Positions 18,011-27,865 are shown, counted from the first letter of the stretch. The stretch: DNA of 64,000 nt from a candidate division WWE3 bacterium GW2011_GWC2_41_23 (GCA_000996895.1 LCBB01000001.1:2542-66541); one strand, 5' to 3'. The notes: generated from the sequence alone by a model not told the origin. Numbers and translations are program-made.

Positions 18011-19336
18011 TCATTTAATTACAATTGTGACGGGAGGTACCATTCCCATCGAGCATGTCAATTTATAGGTACCGGGAATGTCGGTGTTAATCTCAAACTC
18101 ATTATAACCCTCGTCAATATGAATTGCCCCCTTAAACAGACCTCTGCTTACAATAGAAGTAGCGCAACCGTAAGCTCCCTCGTTATAAAACTTAACTTTA
18201 GCGGGTTTTCCTGCCTCGAGTTCCGAATATTTAGGAAAATATTCAAATCCCTGGGCGTACATTTCGAGTATTTGATAATCACCAACTTGTTTTACACGTT
18301 CTACGTTGGCAGTTTTACCGCTTGTAAAACGGGGAGCTCCCAGCACATTTAACTGCGAATTAATCGTGTACATAGAAAAGAAAAACACGAGTATCCCTGC
18401 CGTATAACTAAAAAGCTGTGAAAATTTATGGTTAGAAAACAGTTTAATACTGCTGAAACTCACGAGCGCGAGCATTGGAAGAGTTCCCAGTGCGAAAGAA
18501 AGAAGCATTAACGACCCTTTTACAAAACTACCGGTTGCCAAAGCATTTGTCTGAGCAACTATAGTAAATCCGCAAGGCAAAAAGAATGTGGCGGCTCCGA
18601 TAACCAACGGCATATATTTACCTTTAAAGTTTTTCTGATCCCCCGTGTATTCAGTAAAAAACTTCGGAGGTTTAATGCGAAATCTCTGCAACCATTTTAA
18701 ATCCAGCATTTGAAGACCCATAAGGGCTACCAGTAAGGAAATTATTATGGTAAACACCGCAGTTACAGTCACATTATAAGTGAACAGAGTTCCCACCAGC
18801 CCTAATACCCCACCCATAATTGCGAATGAGGCAAGACGACCTGCGTTAAACAAAGTAAACGGCAAATGCCTTTGACCTCCCGAATATATATTACCCCAGG
18901 TCTTGGAAAGGGATAAAAGTATCCCGCCCACCAGTGCTGCGCACGAAGAAGCTCCTGCAGCCAGACCAAATACAAAGTAAGAGATATACCCCGATGTTCC
19001 GGTAACTGTATATTTTGCAAGAAATCCCGTTTTTTCGTTGATATAAAAAAGAGCTGCCGTTAGAGCCACAATTAAAATAGCCTTCGTCATAACATCGCTT
19101 TTGCTGACTTGGGGAGAAGTAGAGAAAGAGTACCCGAGGTCGCTGAACTCCTTGTTAAGTTCAGAGGTATTTACCGCAGTACTTGACGACATTTGAAGGT
19201 TTAATTTGTTATCAGCAAGAGAAGCTTTGGCGTCTTTTACCCAGGGCTTATCTTTAAATCTTTGTTCGATTATAGATTCGCAGGCTGCGCAGTGCATGCC
19301 TTCCACGTAAAGTACTTGCTCGGTTGTTTTACTCAT
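18011..19336 (-). CDS. HMA + DsbD_2/TauE-like membrane domain + cupredoxin protein
   Basis: GMHCAAC, SSCAAL, FLPCG, C-terminal CSMGM. Confidence 0.88.
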   Translation of the reverse strand: MSKTTEQVLYVEGMHCAACESIIEQRFKDKPWVKDAKASLADNKLNLQMSSSTAVNTSELNKEFSDLGYSFSTSPQVSKSDVMTKAILIVALTAALFYINEKTGFLAKYTVTGTSGYISYFVFGLAAGASSCAALVGGILLSLSKTWGNIYSGGQRHLPFTLFNAGRLASFAIMGGVLGLVGTLFTYNVTVTAVFTIIISLLVALMGLQMLDLKWLQRFRIKPPKFFTEYTGDQKNFKGKYMPLVIGAATFFLPCGFTIVAQTNALATGSFVKGSLMLLSFALGTLPMLALVSFSSIKLFSNHKFSQLFSYTAGILVFFFSMYTINSQLNVLGAPRFTSGKTANVERVKQVGDYQILEMYAQGFEYFPKYSELEAGKPAKVKFYNEGAYGCATSIVSRGLFKGAIHIDEGYNEFEINTDIPGTYKLTCSMGMVPPVTIVIK

Positions 19337-19369
19337 TTTCTAAAATAGTTTCCGGAATTTTATACATGT

Positions 19370-19639
19370 TTACACCTTGTACTTATAAATACCCAGAAGT
19401 TCCTCTACCACTTTTTTTGTATCTCCCTTTTTAGCCTGTTCGATTACGCAGTGGTTAAGGTGACCTTCCATTAGTTGAAGGTCCAATCCTTTTAATGCTT
19501 TTTGAACGGCAAGAGATTGATTTAGGATATCGACGCAGTAAGCATCGTTGTTAATCATGTCTTCTATAGCGTTCAGGTGCCCCTTAATAATTTTTATTCT
19601 GTGGATATTTTGTTTTTTTCTGTCATCGTGTTCGTGCAT
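19370..19639 (-). CDS. csoR: CsoR/RcnR-family metal-sensing repressor
   Basis: RIKIIKGH, YCVDIL, HLNHC; heads the copper operon. Confidence 0.9.
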   Translation of the reverse strand: MHEHDDRKKQNIHRIKIIKGHLNAIEDMINNDAYCVDILNQSLAVQKALKGLDLQLMEGHLNHCVIEQAKKGDTKKVVEELLGIYKYKV

Positions 19640-19643
19640 ATGG

Positions 19644-19658
19644 TCCCCCACTGGGGGA
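19644..19658. promoter_or_regulatory. Probable CsoR operator
   Basis: C/G-tract palindrome TCCCCCA-C-TGGGGGA 4 bp upstream of the csoR start. Confidence 0.75.
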
Positions 19659-19696
19659 TACATTAAAAAGTAGCACATATAGAAGGAGGATGCAAG

Positions 19697-19733
19697 AAAA
19701 AGCCCCGAAGTGTAGTTAATTACATTCCGGGGT
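19697..19733 (-). terminator. Intrinsic terminator
   Basis: CCCCGGA...TTCGGGG followed by T5. Confidence 0.7.
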
Positions 19734-19739
19734 TGGGGT

Positions 19740-19982
19740 TTAGTAGATAAGAATGACTTTTTCGGATTCTATATCTACCGCGACAAGATGATCTTCCTGT
19801 CTTCCATCTATGCGCATGACGTCAAAGGGAATCTTAAAAGACTTCTTGGAAAGACGTGTTTCCTGGTCTACATAAGTTATCTCCGTGTCTTTAACAAATA
19901 TGGAAGCTTCGGGTACGCAAAACTCAGAAACTGCAAATAGTTTTACGAGCACTTTTGCTGAAAATATACTCCTGACAGTCAA
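19740..19982 (-). CDS. Small hypothetical protein
   Basis: AAAGGAGG SD before a TTG start; downstream terminator. Confidence 0.7.
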   Translation of the reverse strand: MTVRSIFSAKVLVKLFAVSEFCVPEASIFVKDTEITYVDQETRLSKKSFKIPFDVMRIDGRQEDHLVAVDIESEKVILIY

Positions 19983-20088
19983 CTTACCCTCCTTTACTGA
20001 TTTTCGGCTATTTTAGTGGAAAAACTCACAGAAGTAAAATTACGTAGTATTGATGGCTGAGTCAAAGGCGGACCGGAGAAAACGTCGC

Positions 20089-20196
20089 TTAGAAATTAGC
20101 TCTCCAGAAGGTGACGCCGAAGACTATCACAAAACTTGCTACGAAAATAAGGGTAGTTTTGATACCTTTATTTTTTATATAGTCCAAATTTATCAT
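20089..20196 (-). CDS. 35-aa single-TM peptide (not in the ORF track)
   Basis: MINLDYIKNKGIKTTLIFVASFVIVFGVTFWRANF; TTGACA and TGnTACTAT 6 bp upstream. Confidence 0.45.
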   Translation of the reverse strand: MINLDYIKNKGIKTTLIFVASFVIVFGVTFWRANF

Positions 20197-20249
20197 GTTT
20201 ATATAGTATCACTTTATGGGTTCTGTCAAAATACCGAAAGATGTATATA

Positions 20250-20291
20250 TGGTGGGCCTGCCTGGGCTCGAACCAGGGACCTTTCGGATGT
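20250..20291 (-). repeat. Exact duplicate of the 3' 42 nt of tRNA-Val
   Basis: Identical to 20318-20359. Confidence 0.95.
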
Positions 20292-20317
20292 CTGCTTCGC
20301 AGCATCCTCATAAATAA

Positions 20318-20394
20318 TGGTGGGCCTGCCTGGGCTCGAACCAGGGACCTTTCGGATGTAAACCGAACGCTCTGACCAACTGAGCTACAAGCCC
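20318..20394 (-). tRNA. tRNA-Val(UAC)
   Basis: TTCGG-TTTACAT-CCGAA anticodon arm; CCA. Confidence 0.97.
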
Positions 20395-20491
20395 CAACAT
20401 CTATCTAGACGGAACAAGGTCTGCAGAACCGTCCGTCCATTATTCTATCAAATCTCTTTGAAATTGCGACATTATTTGGTTAAATTAGTGT

Positions 20492-21469
20492 GTGCCCGAG
20501 ACTGCTCATAGACCGCGAGGAAACAACAGAGATACCGACTTTCTTTTGATATTTTTACCCGTATTGGCGGCTGCAACCCTTTTTGTACTCGTTCTGAGCG
20601 ATAAATTCAATATAAAGCTGTTCGGAAGAAACTTTATAAAAGAGGTCGTTTATCAACGTAACAGCACACCCCAAACCTCCACAAAGCCCGTTATCCGTGA
20701 TGAAGTAACTTATACCAAGGTAGAAACCCAATTCCTCGAGCTTACGAAAAAGCTAACTATAGAGCCAGGTGTTTACGGCCTATACATCAAAGACGTAGGA
20801 TCGGGAAAGGAATTTAAATATAACGAATCAACCGAGTTCTACGCGGCCTCCCTATACAAAGTTCCTATAGCAGCGGCAGTTTTAAAAGAAGTAGAAGCAG
20901 GAAGACTTAAACTGGACGACACGGCAACCTACCTTCCATACGATTATTCTTCCGGTACCGGCGTCATAGGCACTTACTCTCACGGAATTCAATTAAAAAT
21001 AAGCGACATTTTGTCCGAACTGTTAAAAAATAGTGATAACACCGCCCAAAATATTTTGTTGCGCACCTTAAGTTATAAAAACGTTCAGGAAACGTTTAAC
21101 GCTGTCGTACCCGATAAAAACACCAGTACTTATTACAGATACAATCTGAGCACACCAGCCGAAATCGGATATGTTTTTGAAAAACTATATTTTGGGGATT
21201 ACTTAAGCGCAGATGACAAAAAGTATTTGTCCGATCTTATGACCAATACCTCGTTCGAAGACAGAATAAGCGCGTATCTTAAAGAAGGCTTGGTTTTTTC
21301 CCACAAAATAGGCAGCTGGCCTGATTCATGGCACGATTGCGGGGTGGTGTACACAGAAAATAGGGAGTCGGAGTTAATGGTATGTCTGATGAGCCAACGT
21401 GCACCTTACGAAAACTTTTTGAATTCAGCCAAGATGACCGGGGAATTTGTAAACATTTTAATAAACTAA
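20492..21469 (+). CDS. Class A beta-lactamase-like serine hydrolase, membrane anchored
   Basis: ASLYK (SxxK), SDN, HKIG. Confidence 0.88.
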   Translation: MPETAHRPRGNNRDTDFLLIFLPVLAAATLFVLVLSDKFNIKLFGRNFIKEVVYQRNSTPQTSTKPVIRDEVTYTKVETQFLELTKKLTIEPGVYGLYIKDVGSGKEFKYNESTEFYAASLYKVPIAAAVLKEVEAGRLKLDDTATYLPYDYSSGTGVIGTYSHGIQLKISDILSELLKNSDNTAQNILLRTLSYKNVQETFNAVVPDKNTSTYYRYNLSTPAEIGYVFEKLYFGDYLSADDKKYLSDLMTNTSFEDRISAYLKEGLVFSHKIGSWPDSWHDCGVVYTENRESELMVCLMSQRAPYENFLNSAKMTGEFVNILIN

Positions 21470-21471
21470 AG

Positions 21472-21774
21472 GTGTCACTATCCTTTAAAAAGAAAACAGA
21501 AGATTTTAAGTGTCGTAACTGTGGCAAGTTTGTTACGGGAACAGGTTACACCAATCACTGCCCTAACTGCTTATTTAGTGAGCACGTAGACATAATGCCC
21601 GGCGACCGGGCAAACCCCTGCAAAGGAATGATGAAACCTGTGGGCATCGTAAAAAAACGGGGGGAATTCTTTGTGGTCCATAAATGCGAAAAATGTGGTG
21701 AAATAAAACACAATAGAACTTCCGAGAACGATAATCAGGAAAAAATTATTGAGATTTCGGTCTTACCTGTCTAG
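21472..21774 (+). CDS. RNHCP-domain protein
   Basis: FKCRNCG, TNHCPNCLFSEHVD, PGDRA, HKCEKCG. Confidence 0.88.
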   Translation: MSLSFKKKTEDFKCRNCGKFVTGTGYTNHCPNCLFSEHVDIMPGDRANPCKGMMKPVGIVKKRGEFFVVHKCEKCGEIKHNRTSENDNQEKIIEISVLPV

Positions 21775-23131
21775 TCGATCTCTTCCAAAGTTTGATATTA
21801 AAAACCCGGGTAAAAGTTCCTTCCCTATCGTCCCCGTAACTTAAAAAATCTACCAGAGATCTCATCGCTGTTTTTGGTTTATATAAAACAGTTAATGATA
21901 AGGCAACAATTGTAACGACGACTCTATAAAATAAACCGGGTTCACTGGATGTCCTGAAAAGATACGCGATTGATAGCGCGTAAACAATGTACTGAAAAAT
22001 GGATAGATAATCCGCGTAGTTAGTATCCAGCATGCTTTGGGCGTATCCTTCTTTATGTTCCCGTACCTTTTTGCCCGCAGCTATGCTTAAATACGCCAAT
22101 ATATCCGTAATAATAATTGCCAGAAAACTTAGGGGGGACACCGATGCCAAGAATAATCCCGTAATTAATTTCATAGAATGAAGAACGGTAGACATTACAA
22201 TATCTGCCACAGGAATTTTTCTCAAAAAGAAAAGGTAGAGTAAGTTCAGTATTAGAAATGCTCCCAAAGCAACAAACAGTACGTGGGATAGAAGAAGCGC
22301 GAACACAAAAGAAAAGAAAAGAAGTATTTTAAATATCCTGCGGGCAGTTGCGAGTGAAATCTCTCCGGAAGCTATCGCCCTTCCATGACTTTTTACCGGG
22401 TGCTTGCGGTCCAATTCGAGGTCCCGGATATCATCCATAATATAAACCGCCCCGTAAAAAACCGGACTGAAAAGAAAAGTTGCTAAAAAGATAAACCCCA
22501 GTTCCTTTAACGATAGATTAAAATCATTAGCCAGAAAATACCCGTAAATCAATGGAAACGAGCTTAATACATTTGGGAAAAAGCGGATCAGTTTTGCAAA
22601 AACAAAAAGCTTCTTTAAGAAAAACGGCGTATTTATTTTTTCGCGCTTAAAAAGTAGAAACCAATTTGGGTTAATTCTCCCAAGGAGTAGCCAGTCCTCA
22701 AAAATATCGTACGAGTAGTGCGAAATCATTCCCAACGTAAAAATAGCCGCCCCATAATTTTCCTGTGCCAAAGCAAAGTACAAAAAAAATATTACGGCAA
22801 TTAATACGGTAACTAAATTGTGGGAATAAATGCCGGTGTTAAACTTATGATTCTCCATAACGAATCTTTGGAATCCACGCAGTTCTTTATTCCTTAAGAA
22901 ATGCCTCAGATTTTTTGCGTAGTCGGTTTTACGCCCGTAAGTGAATATGTAAAACAGGTGGTCGGCGTCCGGGATCATCGCGCCAATAGCGCCTAGAATT
23001 ACAGAAGGTACTGCGCCGTAAGCCGGTTGGAAATAGAAAAAAACGTATCCAAGAACTGCCCCCACAGATGCGTGTAGAAACATGTGGTAGCTATTACTAA
23101 GCTTAGATAGTGTGTCCTTTGAGATAAACAT
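21746..23131 (-). CDS. Fusion of a YdjM-like metal-dependent hydrolase and a UbiA-family prenyltransferase
   Basis: N-terminal H..PDADH..SH..HYSYD; C-terminal YIMDDIRDLELDRKHPVK..RAIASG. Confidence 0.8.
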   Translation of the reverse strand: MFISKDTLSKLSNSYHMFLHASVGAVLGYVFFYFQPAYGAVPSVILGAIGAMIPDADHLFYIFTYGRKTDYAKNLRHFLRNKELRGFQRFVMENHKFNTGIYSHNLVTVLIAVIFFLYFALAQENYGAAIFTLGMISHYSYDIFEDWLLLGRINPNWFLLFKREKINTPFFLKKLFVFAKLIRFFPNVLSSFPLIYGYFLANDFNLSLKELGFIFLATFLFSPVFYGAVYIMDDIRDLELDRKHPVKSHGRAIASGEISLATARRIFKILLFFSFVFALLLSHVLFVALGAFLILNLLYLFFLRKIPVADIVMSTVLHSMKLITGLFLASVSPLSFLAIIITDILAYLSIAAGKKVREHKEGYAQSMLDTNYADYLSIFQYIVYALSIAYLFRTSSEPGLFYRVVVTIVALSLTVLYKPKTAMRSLVDFLSYGDDREGTFTRVFNIKLWKRSTRQVRPKSQ

Positions 23132-23175
23132 AATGCCTTCGTATTATACCGTGGGCAGGTTGTTGACGGATTTAA

Positions 23176-23985
23176 CTAGAATATCGGCTGAAAACTTTTA
23201 TTCATCTCGTCGTCATAATATTCAGTACCGCCTATATCTTTTGCAAAACTGTATGCCTGGCCGATGTCATATGCATAGACCATTTTTGCGTCAGGTACGT
23301 ATTTGAGAACATAGATGTAGTTTATTCCGCACTTTGATTCTCCCAACTCTAATCCATCGCCTTGTATTTTTACGTCGTAAACTTTGCTGTTAACTGCGGT
23401 ACTTGTCATTGTGCCAACCGAGCAGCCTGAACCAAATTTCGACTTAACAAAGGTTTCGAGATCTTCTTTAGTTGGTACTGATTTTGCGATAATATTCCAT
23501 GATTTTTGAGAAGATGTTAACCAATTTAGCGCTGTTGTAACTTTTTCGCACGAACCAAAATAAGACACGTTATCGACAACTTTAGAATCGGACAACTCAT
23601 ACCTATATTCCGGATAGATGAATATTCCATCAACTTGCTCAAATATTTTTATGGGCACCAAAGCGACTTTATGTCTATAAGAAGCCGTGTCACCGCTTCC
23701 TACTTTTTCGCACGCACCCTGTTGAGTATAGACCGCTTTAGGATAGTTAATTGAAAACTTAAGATCGGCGTTTGAATATGCTTTCCAGCCTACCGGAACA
23801 AGGTTATCCTCCGGCCCACTTTCCTGAGTGTCCGTCGGAAGAGGTTTAGTAACTTTTTCTGCCACTGTGTTGAATGTGTTGGCGGCCGAACCCGCAGGGT
23901 CTTTATTAAGTATTACAAACAGCCCGCCTCCGATAATAATGAGTAGAAAAGCAAAGAAAACAATCATTAGTGAGTTATTTTTCAT
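23176..23985 (-). CDS. Membrane-anchored hypothetical protein
   Basis: N-terminal TM, WKAY..FSINYP motif, 4 Cys. Confidence 0.8.
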   Translation of the reverse strand: MKNNSLMIVFFAFLLIIIGGGLFVILNKDPAGSAANTFNTVAEKVTKPLPTDTQESGPEDNLVPVGWKAYSNADLKFSINYPKAVYTQQGACEKVGSGDTASYRHKVALVPIKIFEQVDGIFIYPEYRYELSDSKVVDNVSYFGSCEKVTTALNWLTSSQKSWNIIAKSVPTKEDLETFVKSKFGSGCSVGTMTSTAVNSKVYDVKIQGDGLELGESKCGINYIYVLKYVPDAKMVYAYDIGQAYSFAKDIGGTEYYDDEMNKSFQPIF

Positions 23986-24061
23986 AGTGTTATTCTAGTC
24001 CTTTTTAAAGATTGGAGAAAGAAGGTTGGCAAAGTAAGGTGCAATGACCTTAAATTTTCTA

Positions 24062-24137
24062 TGGTGGGGAGGGTGGGGATCGAACCCACATAGCCGGTTT
24101 TTCAGACCGGTGCCTTGACCAACTTGGCTACCGCCCC
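24062..24137 (-). tRNA. tRNA-Phe(GAA)
   Basis: CCGGT-CTGAAAA-ACCGG anticodon arm; CCA; one acceptor-stem mismatch. Confidence 0.93.
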
Positions 24138-24161
24138 GCGAGGCAACAAAACAAATATTTC

Positions 24162-24237
<76 letters not shown>

Positions 24238-24307
24238 GTGCAAACGTTATTATAAAGGAGGGTATCTAAAAATCAACAACTACGGCAAAAACGACACCAC
24301 TAACTTC

Positions 24308-25966
24308 TTACCAACTTCCGCCGCCCCCACCGCCTCCCCCACCTCCACTGGAACCTCCCGAGAATCCGCTTCCGAAGCCTGAAGAGCTCCTGGATGACGC
24401 GCCGGCGCTGTGAAAAGAGCTGTTCACTACCGAGTTCATTACTGCCAGCCGAGTCAAATCGTCGCCCCTATACCACTCTGGGTTAGTGTTAAACAAGTCC
24501 TTAAACCGTTTAATCCATACATCTTCGACACCAAATGCGGTCGCGTAAGGCAAAAGCTTTTCAAAAAACATCATTTCCTGGGCCTGAAAATCAAATTGAG
24601 GATCCTGACTTACCAAAAAATTCTTCAGGGACACTGCTTCGGAGTATGTTTGAATCCCTTTTTCCGGTCTTGCCGGGCTTTTTCTACCTAATATAAAGGA
24701 CACCAAACCTAAAAATATGTTTCCGATGAAAAATGACATTACTGCAAGTCCGGTATAGGCTCCCGAAGTATTTACTGGATTGGATTTGAACACGTCAGCT
24801 TTTTTTAAATATTCTCCTGCTGTTGTAGCAAGTGAAGTTCCCGCGGCTCCGAACTTTTCGTTTTTACTTAATTCTTTTGTCGAAACTTCTTCAGACAGTC
24901 CGGAAAACATAGCCTCATAAAGATCTTTTTCATATTTTCTTAGTGGGTCTATGTCGGTTTTTTCGGTTTTAGAAAAGACAAATTCTTTTTTATCTTTTTG
25001 AGTGATTTTTATATAGCCTCTTTGAGCTAGGGAAATGATTGTGGCAGGGACAGCTTTGCTTCCTGCGGTAACATCTGCCGTAATCGCTGTTTCTACCGCA
25101 GTCAAAGGCTCTCCATCCGCTGTCTTAGGAGGAGAAAACCACGCAGCGACAATTCTGGCGTTATCTTTTAAATATTTTTTCTCTCTTAACCACTTAAATA
25201 GTAAAAAGACCGGTAAACCTAAGTAAAATCCTACTGCAACTAACCCAATAAAAATACTTAAAATGGCTACGAAAATAGACGACTTGTCTTCTTTAGGCTC
25301 AAGTTGAAGCGCGTAGCCCTTCGGAAATTTCGTGGCGATAGTAAAGGCTTCTCCCGGTCTTACCGAACCGGTTGTAAATTGCAGTTTGTTGCCTTCTTTA
25401 GTCACTATGCAGTTACCTGCAGTTACCCCTGTAGGACCCGTGTAACAAACTCCGTCCAATGTACCCTCATTAAAAGTTTGATCAAAATTGACAACTGCGG
25501 AAACATTATTTATGGGTGCTGCCCATCCCGGACCAACGGCGTTCCAGTAAAATTCATCGAAATCACTGAAATATGTAAGGGCACCCCCCAAAGTGTATTT
25601 AATGACGTAAGTGTGTTGCCCCGTAATAGTTTTGTCCGGATCGCCTGCTTTAATCGTTACTTTATCGTCTGATTTACTTGTCGTGTATTGGTAAGAATTT
25701 CCGTTCCCGTCGCTCACTCCTTTAAAAGCTATGTCTAGGATAAAAGACTTGCCATCCTGATTAACTTTTTTAAAAGGGATGTAGTAAAAAATACCGTGGC
25801 GTTGCTCGGTCCCAAAATCGTAAAGTATTGTTTCTGTGACATCTACTGTTCCGTCCTTATTTACAAAAGCCTCGAATTCTAAAGAGTGAATAAAATCTGC
25901 GGCCGACGCAAAATGCGGAAAAAATAGGAGTAACCCAAGAACAAATATTTTTCGTAAAAATCTCAT
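24308..25966 (-). CDS. DUF2207-family membrane protein
   Basis: Signal peptide MRFLRK..., EFYWNA, LPYATAFGV, GGGGGGSW end. Confidence 0.92.
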   Translation of the reverse strand: MRFLRKIFVLGLLLFFPHFASAADFIHSLEFEAFVNKDGTVDVTETILYDFGTEQRHGIFYYIPFKKVNQDGKSFILDIAFKGVSDGNGNSYQYTTSKSDDKVTIKAGDPDKTITGQHTYVIKYTLGGALTYFSDFDEFYWNAVGPGWAAPINNVSAVVNFDQTFNEGTLDGVCYTGPTGVTAGNCIVTKEGNKLQFTTGSVRPGEAFTIATKFPKGYALQLEPKEDKSSIFVAILSIFIGLVAVGFYLGLPVFLLFKWLREKKYLKDNARIVAAWFSPPKTADGEPLTAVETAITADVTAGSKAVPATIISLAQRGYIKITQKDKKEFVFSKTEKTDIDPLRKYEKDLYEAMFSGLSEEVSTKELSKNEKFGAAGTSLATTAGEYLKKADVFKSNPVNTSGAYTGLAVMSFFIGNIFLGLVSFILGRKSPARPEKGIQTYSEAVSLKNFLVSQDPQFDFQAQEMMFFEKLLPYATAFGVEDVWIKRFKDLFNTNPEWYRGDDLTRLAVMNSVVNSSFHSAGASSRSSSGFGSGFSGGSSGGGGGGGGGGSW

Positions 25967-25971
25967 ATAAA

Positions 25972-26058
25972 TGGTGGGCGAGACAGGACTTGAACCTGCA
26001 CCGGTTTTACCCGACAACGACCTCAACGTTGCGCGTATACCAATTCCGCCACTCGCCC
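25972..26058 (-). tRNA. tRNA-Leu(GAG)
   Basis: CAACG-TTGAGGT-CGTTG anticodon arm; long variable arm. Confidence 0.96.
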
Positions 26059-26088
26059 AAACAGAAGGAATTATACCAGATTAAACTC

Positions 26089-26550
26089 CTACTTAATTAC
26101 TATTTCTTCGGCCTGGATAACGCTGGATTCTGCATACCCCCACGTTATGTTACCCTGAATCTCCACATGTTTACCGTCAAAAACGTCCATTCCTTCTGTT
26201 TCGCGTGAAGGAGGATTGACCTGTATTTTGTCTATATCCATAGGAAATCCTGCTGCAGTTTCTTCTAACGTGTATGGCTCATCGAAATACAGCCAGTACC
26301 AGTAATCCCCCAAATCCAGCTCCGCGGGTATCTGTTCCTTTTTAAGTGTTCCCGTAAATGTTTCTAAGGCTACGGGTGTTTCTTCGGTGGCGACATCGGT
26401 AGGTACGGTGTCGGGAACGTTAACATCCAGACTTGTCTCTACACTTAGGAGTCTTAATTCAATTTCTCTAAGGTATAGATAGTTATAGATGGAAATAAAT
26501 ACTGCTACGAAAGCGAAAACAAAAACCAAAACGATTTTTATATTTTTCAT
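26089..26550 (-). CDS. Hypothetical exported protein
   Basis: N-terminal TM, acidic domain. Confidence 0.8.
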   Translation of the reverse strand: MKNIKIVLVFVFAFVAVFISIYNYLYLREIELRLLSVETSLDVNVPDTVPTDVATEETPVALETFTGTLKKEQIPAELDLGDYWYWLYFDEPYTLEETAAGFPMDIDKIQVNPPSRETEGMDVFDGKHVEIQGNITWGYAESSVIQAEEIVIK

Positions 26551-26570
26551 TTTATAAGTTAATTAATTAC

Positions 26571-26655
26571 TGGTGCCAGAGGTGGGACTCGAACCCACAC
26601 ACCTTGCGATACAGCCTTCTGAAGACTGCGCGTCTGCCAATTTCGCCACTCTGGC
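26571..26655 (-). tRNA. tRNA-Leu(CAG)
   Basis: CAGTC-TTCAGAA-GGCTG anticodon arm; long variable arm. Confidence 0.96.
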
Positions 26656-26753
26656 ATTCAATAATCAGATTATAGACTATCTGCTTGATTATAAATAGAA
26701 AAAGAGAAGGCCCTAAGCTTTTGATAGTTATGCTTTGGGCCTTGCAGTGTATG

Positions 26754-26909
26754 TTATTGTTTATGCTCTTTTCTTGTGTGCTGGCGTCTGCGACGGCGTT
26801 CGTTGGGGGCGTTCTGACACTTGGTGGAAGCGTTGCTAACTGTATTGTTCCCATTTTTTATTGCGCTGCCGTTTGTAACCGTTTTTCCCGTCCAAGGATT
26901 TGTTCCCAT
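26754..26909 (-). CDS. 51-aa basic peptide (not in the ORF track)
   Basis: AAAGGGGAG SD; MGTNPWTGK...NERRRRRQHTRKEHKQ. Confidence 0.5.
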   Translation of the reverse strand: MGTNPWTGKTVTNGSAIKNGNNTVSNASTKCQNAPNERRRRRQHTRKEHKQ

Positions 26910-27104
26910 GTACTCCCCTTTCAGATGTTATTTTTGTTAGCTTAGACTACCCCGATGTTGTTAAACACACCTACGCGTACGATTGTAAAACAGTAGCTCA
27001 AATATTAAAAGAGCGTTTAGTTATGCAACCGAATTATTTGTGCGTGGAACACTTGAGCACAAAAGCTGAACTAAACGTTATTCTTTCTCGAAGTAGTAGC
27101 CCCT

Positions 27105-27575
27105 TTAGTTTCGCAGCATAATCTTCAGTAAAAATCCCGCAAAACCCGAGGCGAGAAGAAAAGCCGCAAAAACTCTCAGCATGAGAGCCTCGCTCGTTAG
27201 TTTGAATGCAAGTTCCAGGCTATCGGTAGAAATAAACTCAAGGGAGACGTTTCTTCCCATTTCAATTAACCATTCGCCTTTTGGCATATTTTCTAAACTA
27301 ACGCCAAAATACTCCTTATGCTGCCACCCAAACGGGGCGGGCGCATTTTCATCGTGCAGAATTTCCCCCGTCATACTGTTTCTCAGTATAAAAAGGTATG
27401 GAGACCCCGCACTGAACGCTACGCCTTTGGTTTCTATAAAGAAACGTCTCGAATAGTTTGTCTGTTTAAAGATGTCCGTGCCGGACATTTCGTCGGGCTG
27501 AGTGAACGCGAGTACCCCGGCAGAAAAGACAACTATCCACGCAATCACACCAACAATCACCTTTGTTCGCATCAT
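27105..27575 (-). CDS. Hypothetical membrane protein
   Basis: AAAAGGAGAG SD; N- and C-terminal TM segments. Confidence 0.75.
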   Translation of the reverse strand: MMRTKVIVGVIAWIVVFSAGVLAFTQPDEMSGTDIFKQTNYSRRFFIETKGVAFSAGSPYLFILRNSMTGEILHDENAPAPFGWQHKEYFGVSLENMPKGEWLIEMGRNVSLEFISTDSLELAFKLTSEALMLRVFAAFLLASGFAGFLLKIMLRN

Positions 27576-27790
27576 CTCTTCTCTCCTTTTAAGAGTTTAT
27601 TGATTTCCGGGCTTTAGAATTCGCTAATTGTGCTATAGGATATTAATTTTGTCAATTTCGGAAACTATGGGCGTGACACCGAATAAATTTCCCTCACGAC
27701 AATGGGAATAACAGTGAGAGTCAGACGGGTGTCGGTAAAGAGAGATTAGGTATGGAAGTACGTCACCGTTGTCGGCGAACAACGCTCGCA

Positions 27791-27865
27791 TGGTGAGGAC
27801 GGAGGGATTCGAACCCTCGACAAACCGGTTAAGAGCCGGTTGCTCTACCACTGAGCTACGTCCCC
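27791..27865 (-). tRNA. tRNA-Lys(CUU)
   Basis: ACCGG-CTCTTAA-CCGGT anticodon arm; CCA. Confidence 0.97.

Noticed and set aside
20492-21469. Antibiotic-resistance beta-lactamase
   Set aside because: Membrane-anchored and lacking an evident class A omega-loop ExxLN motif; more likely a PBP-like serine hydrolase.
24062-24137. tRNA-Phe as a pseudogene because of a C5-U68 mismatch
   Set aside because: A single mismatch with all other arms and CCA intact.
24308-24400. GC-rich low-complexity repeat
   Set aside because: Encodes the normal Gly/Ser tail of DUF2207.
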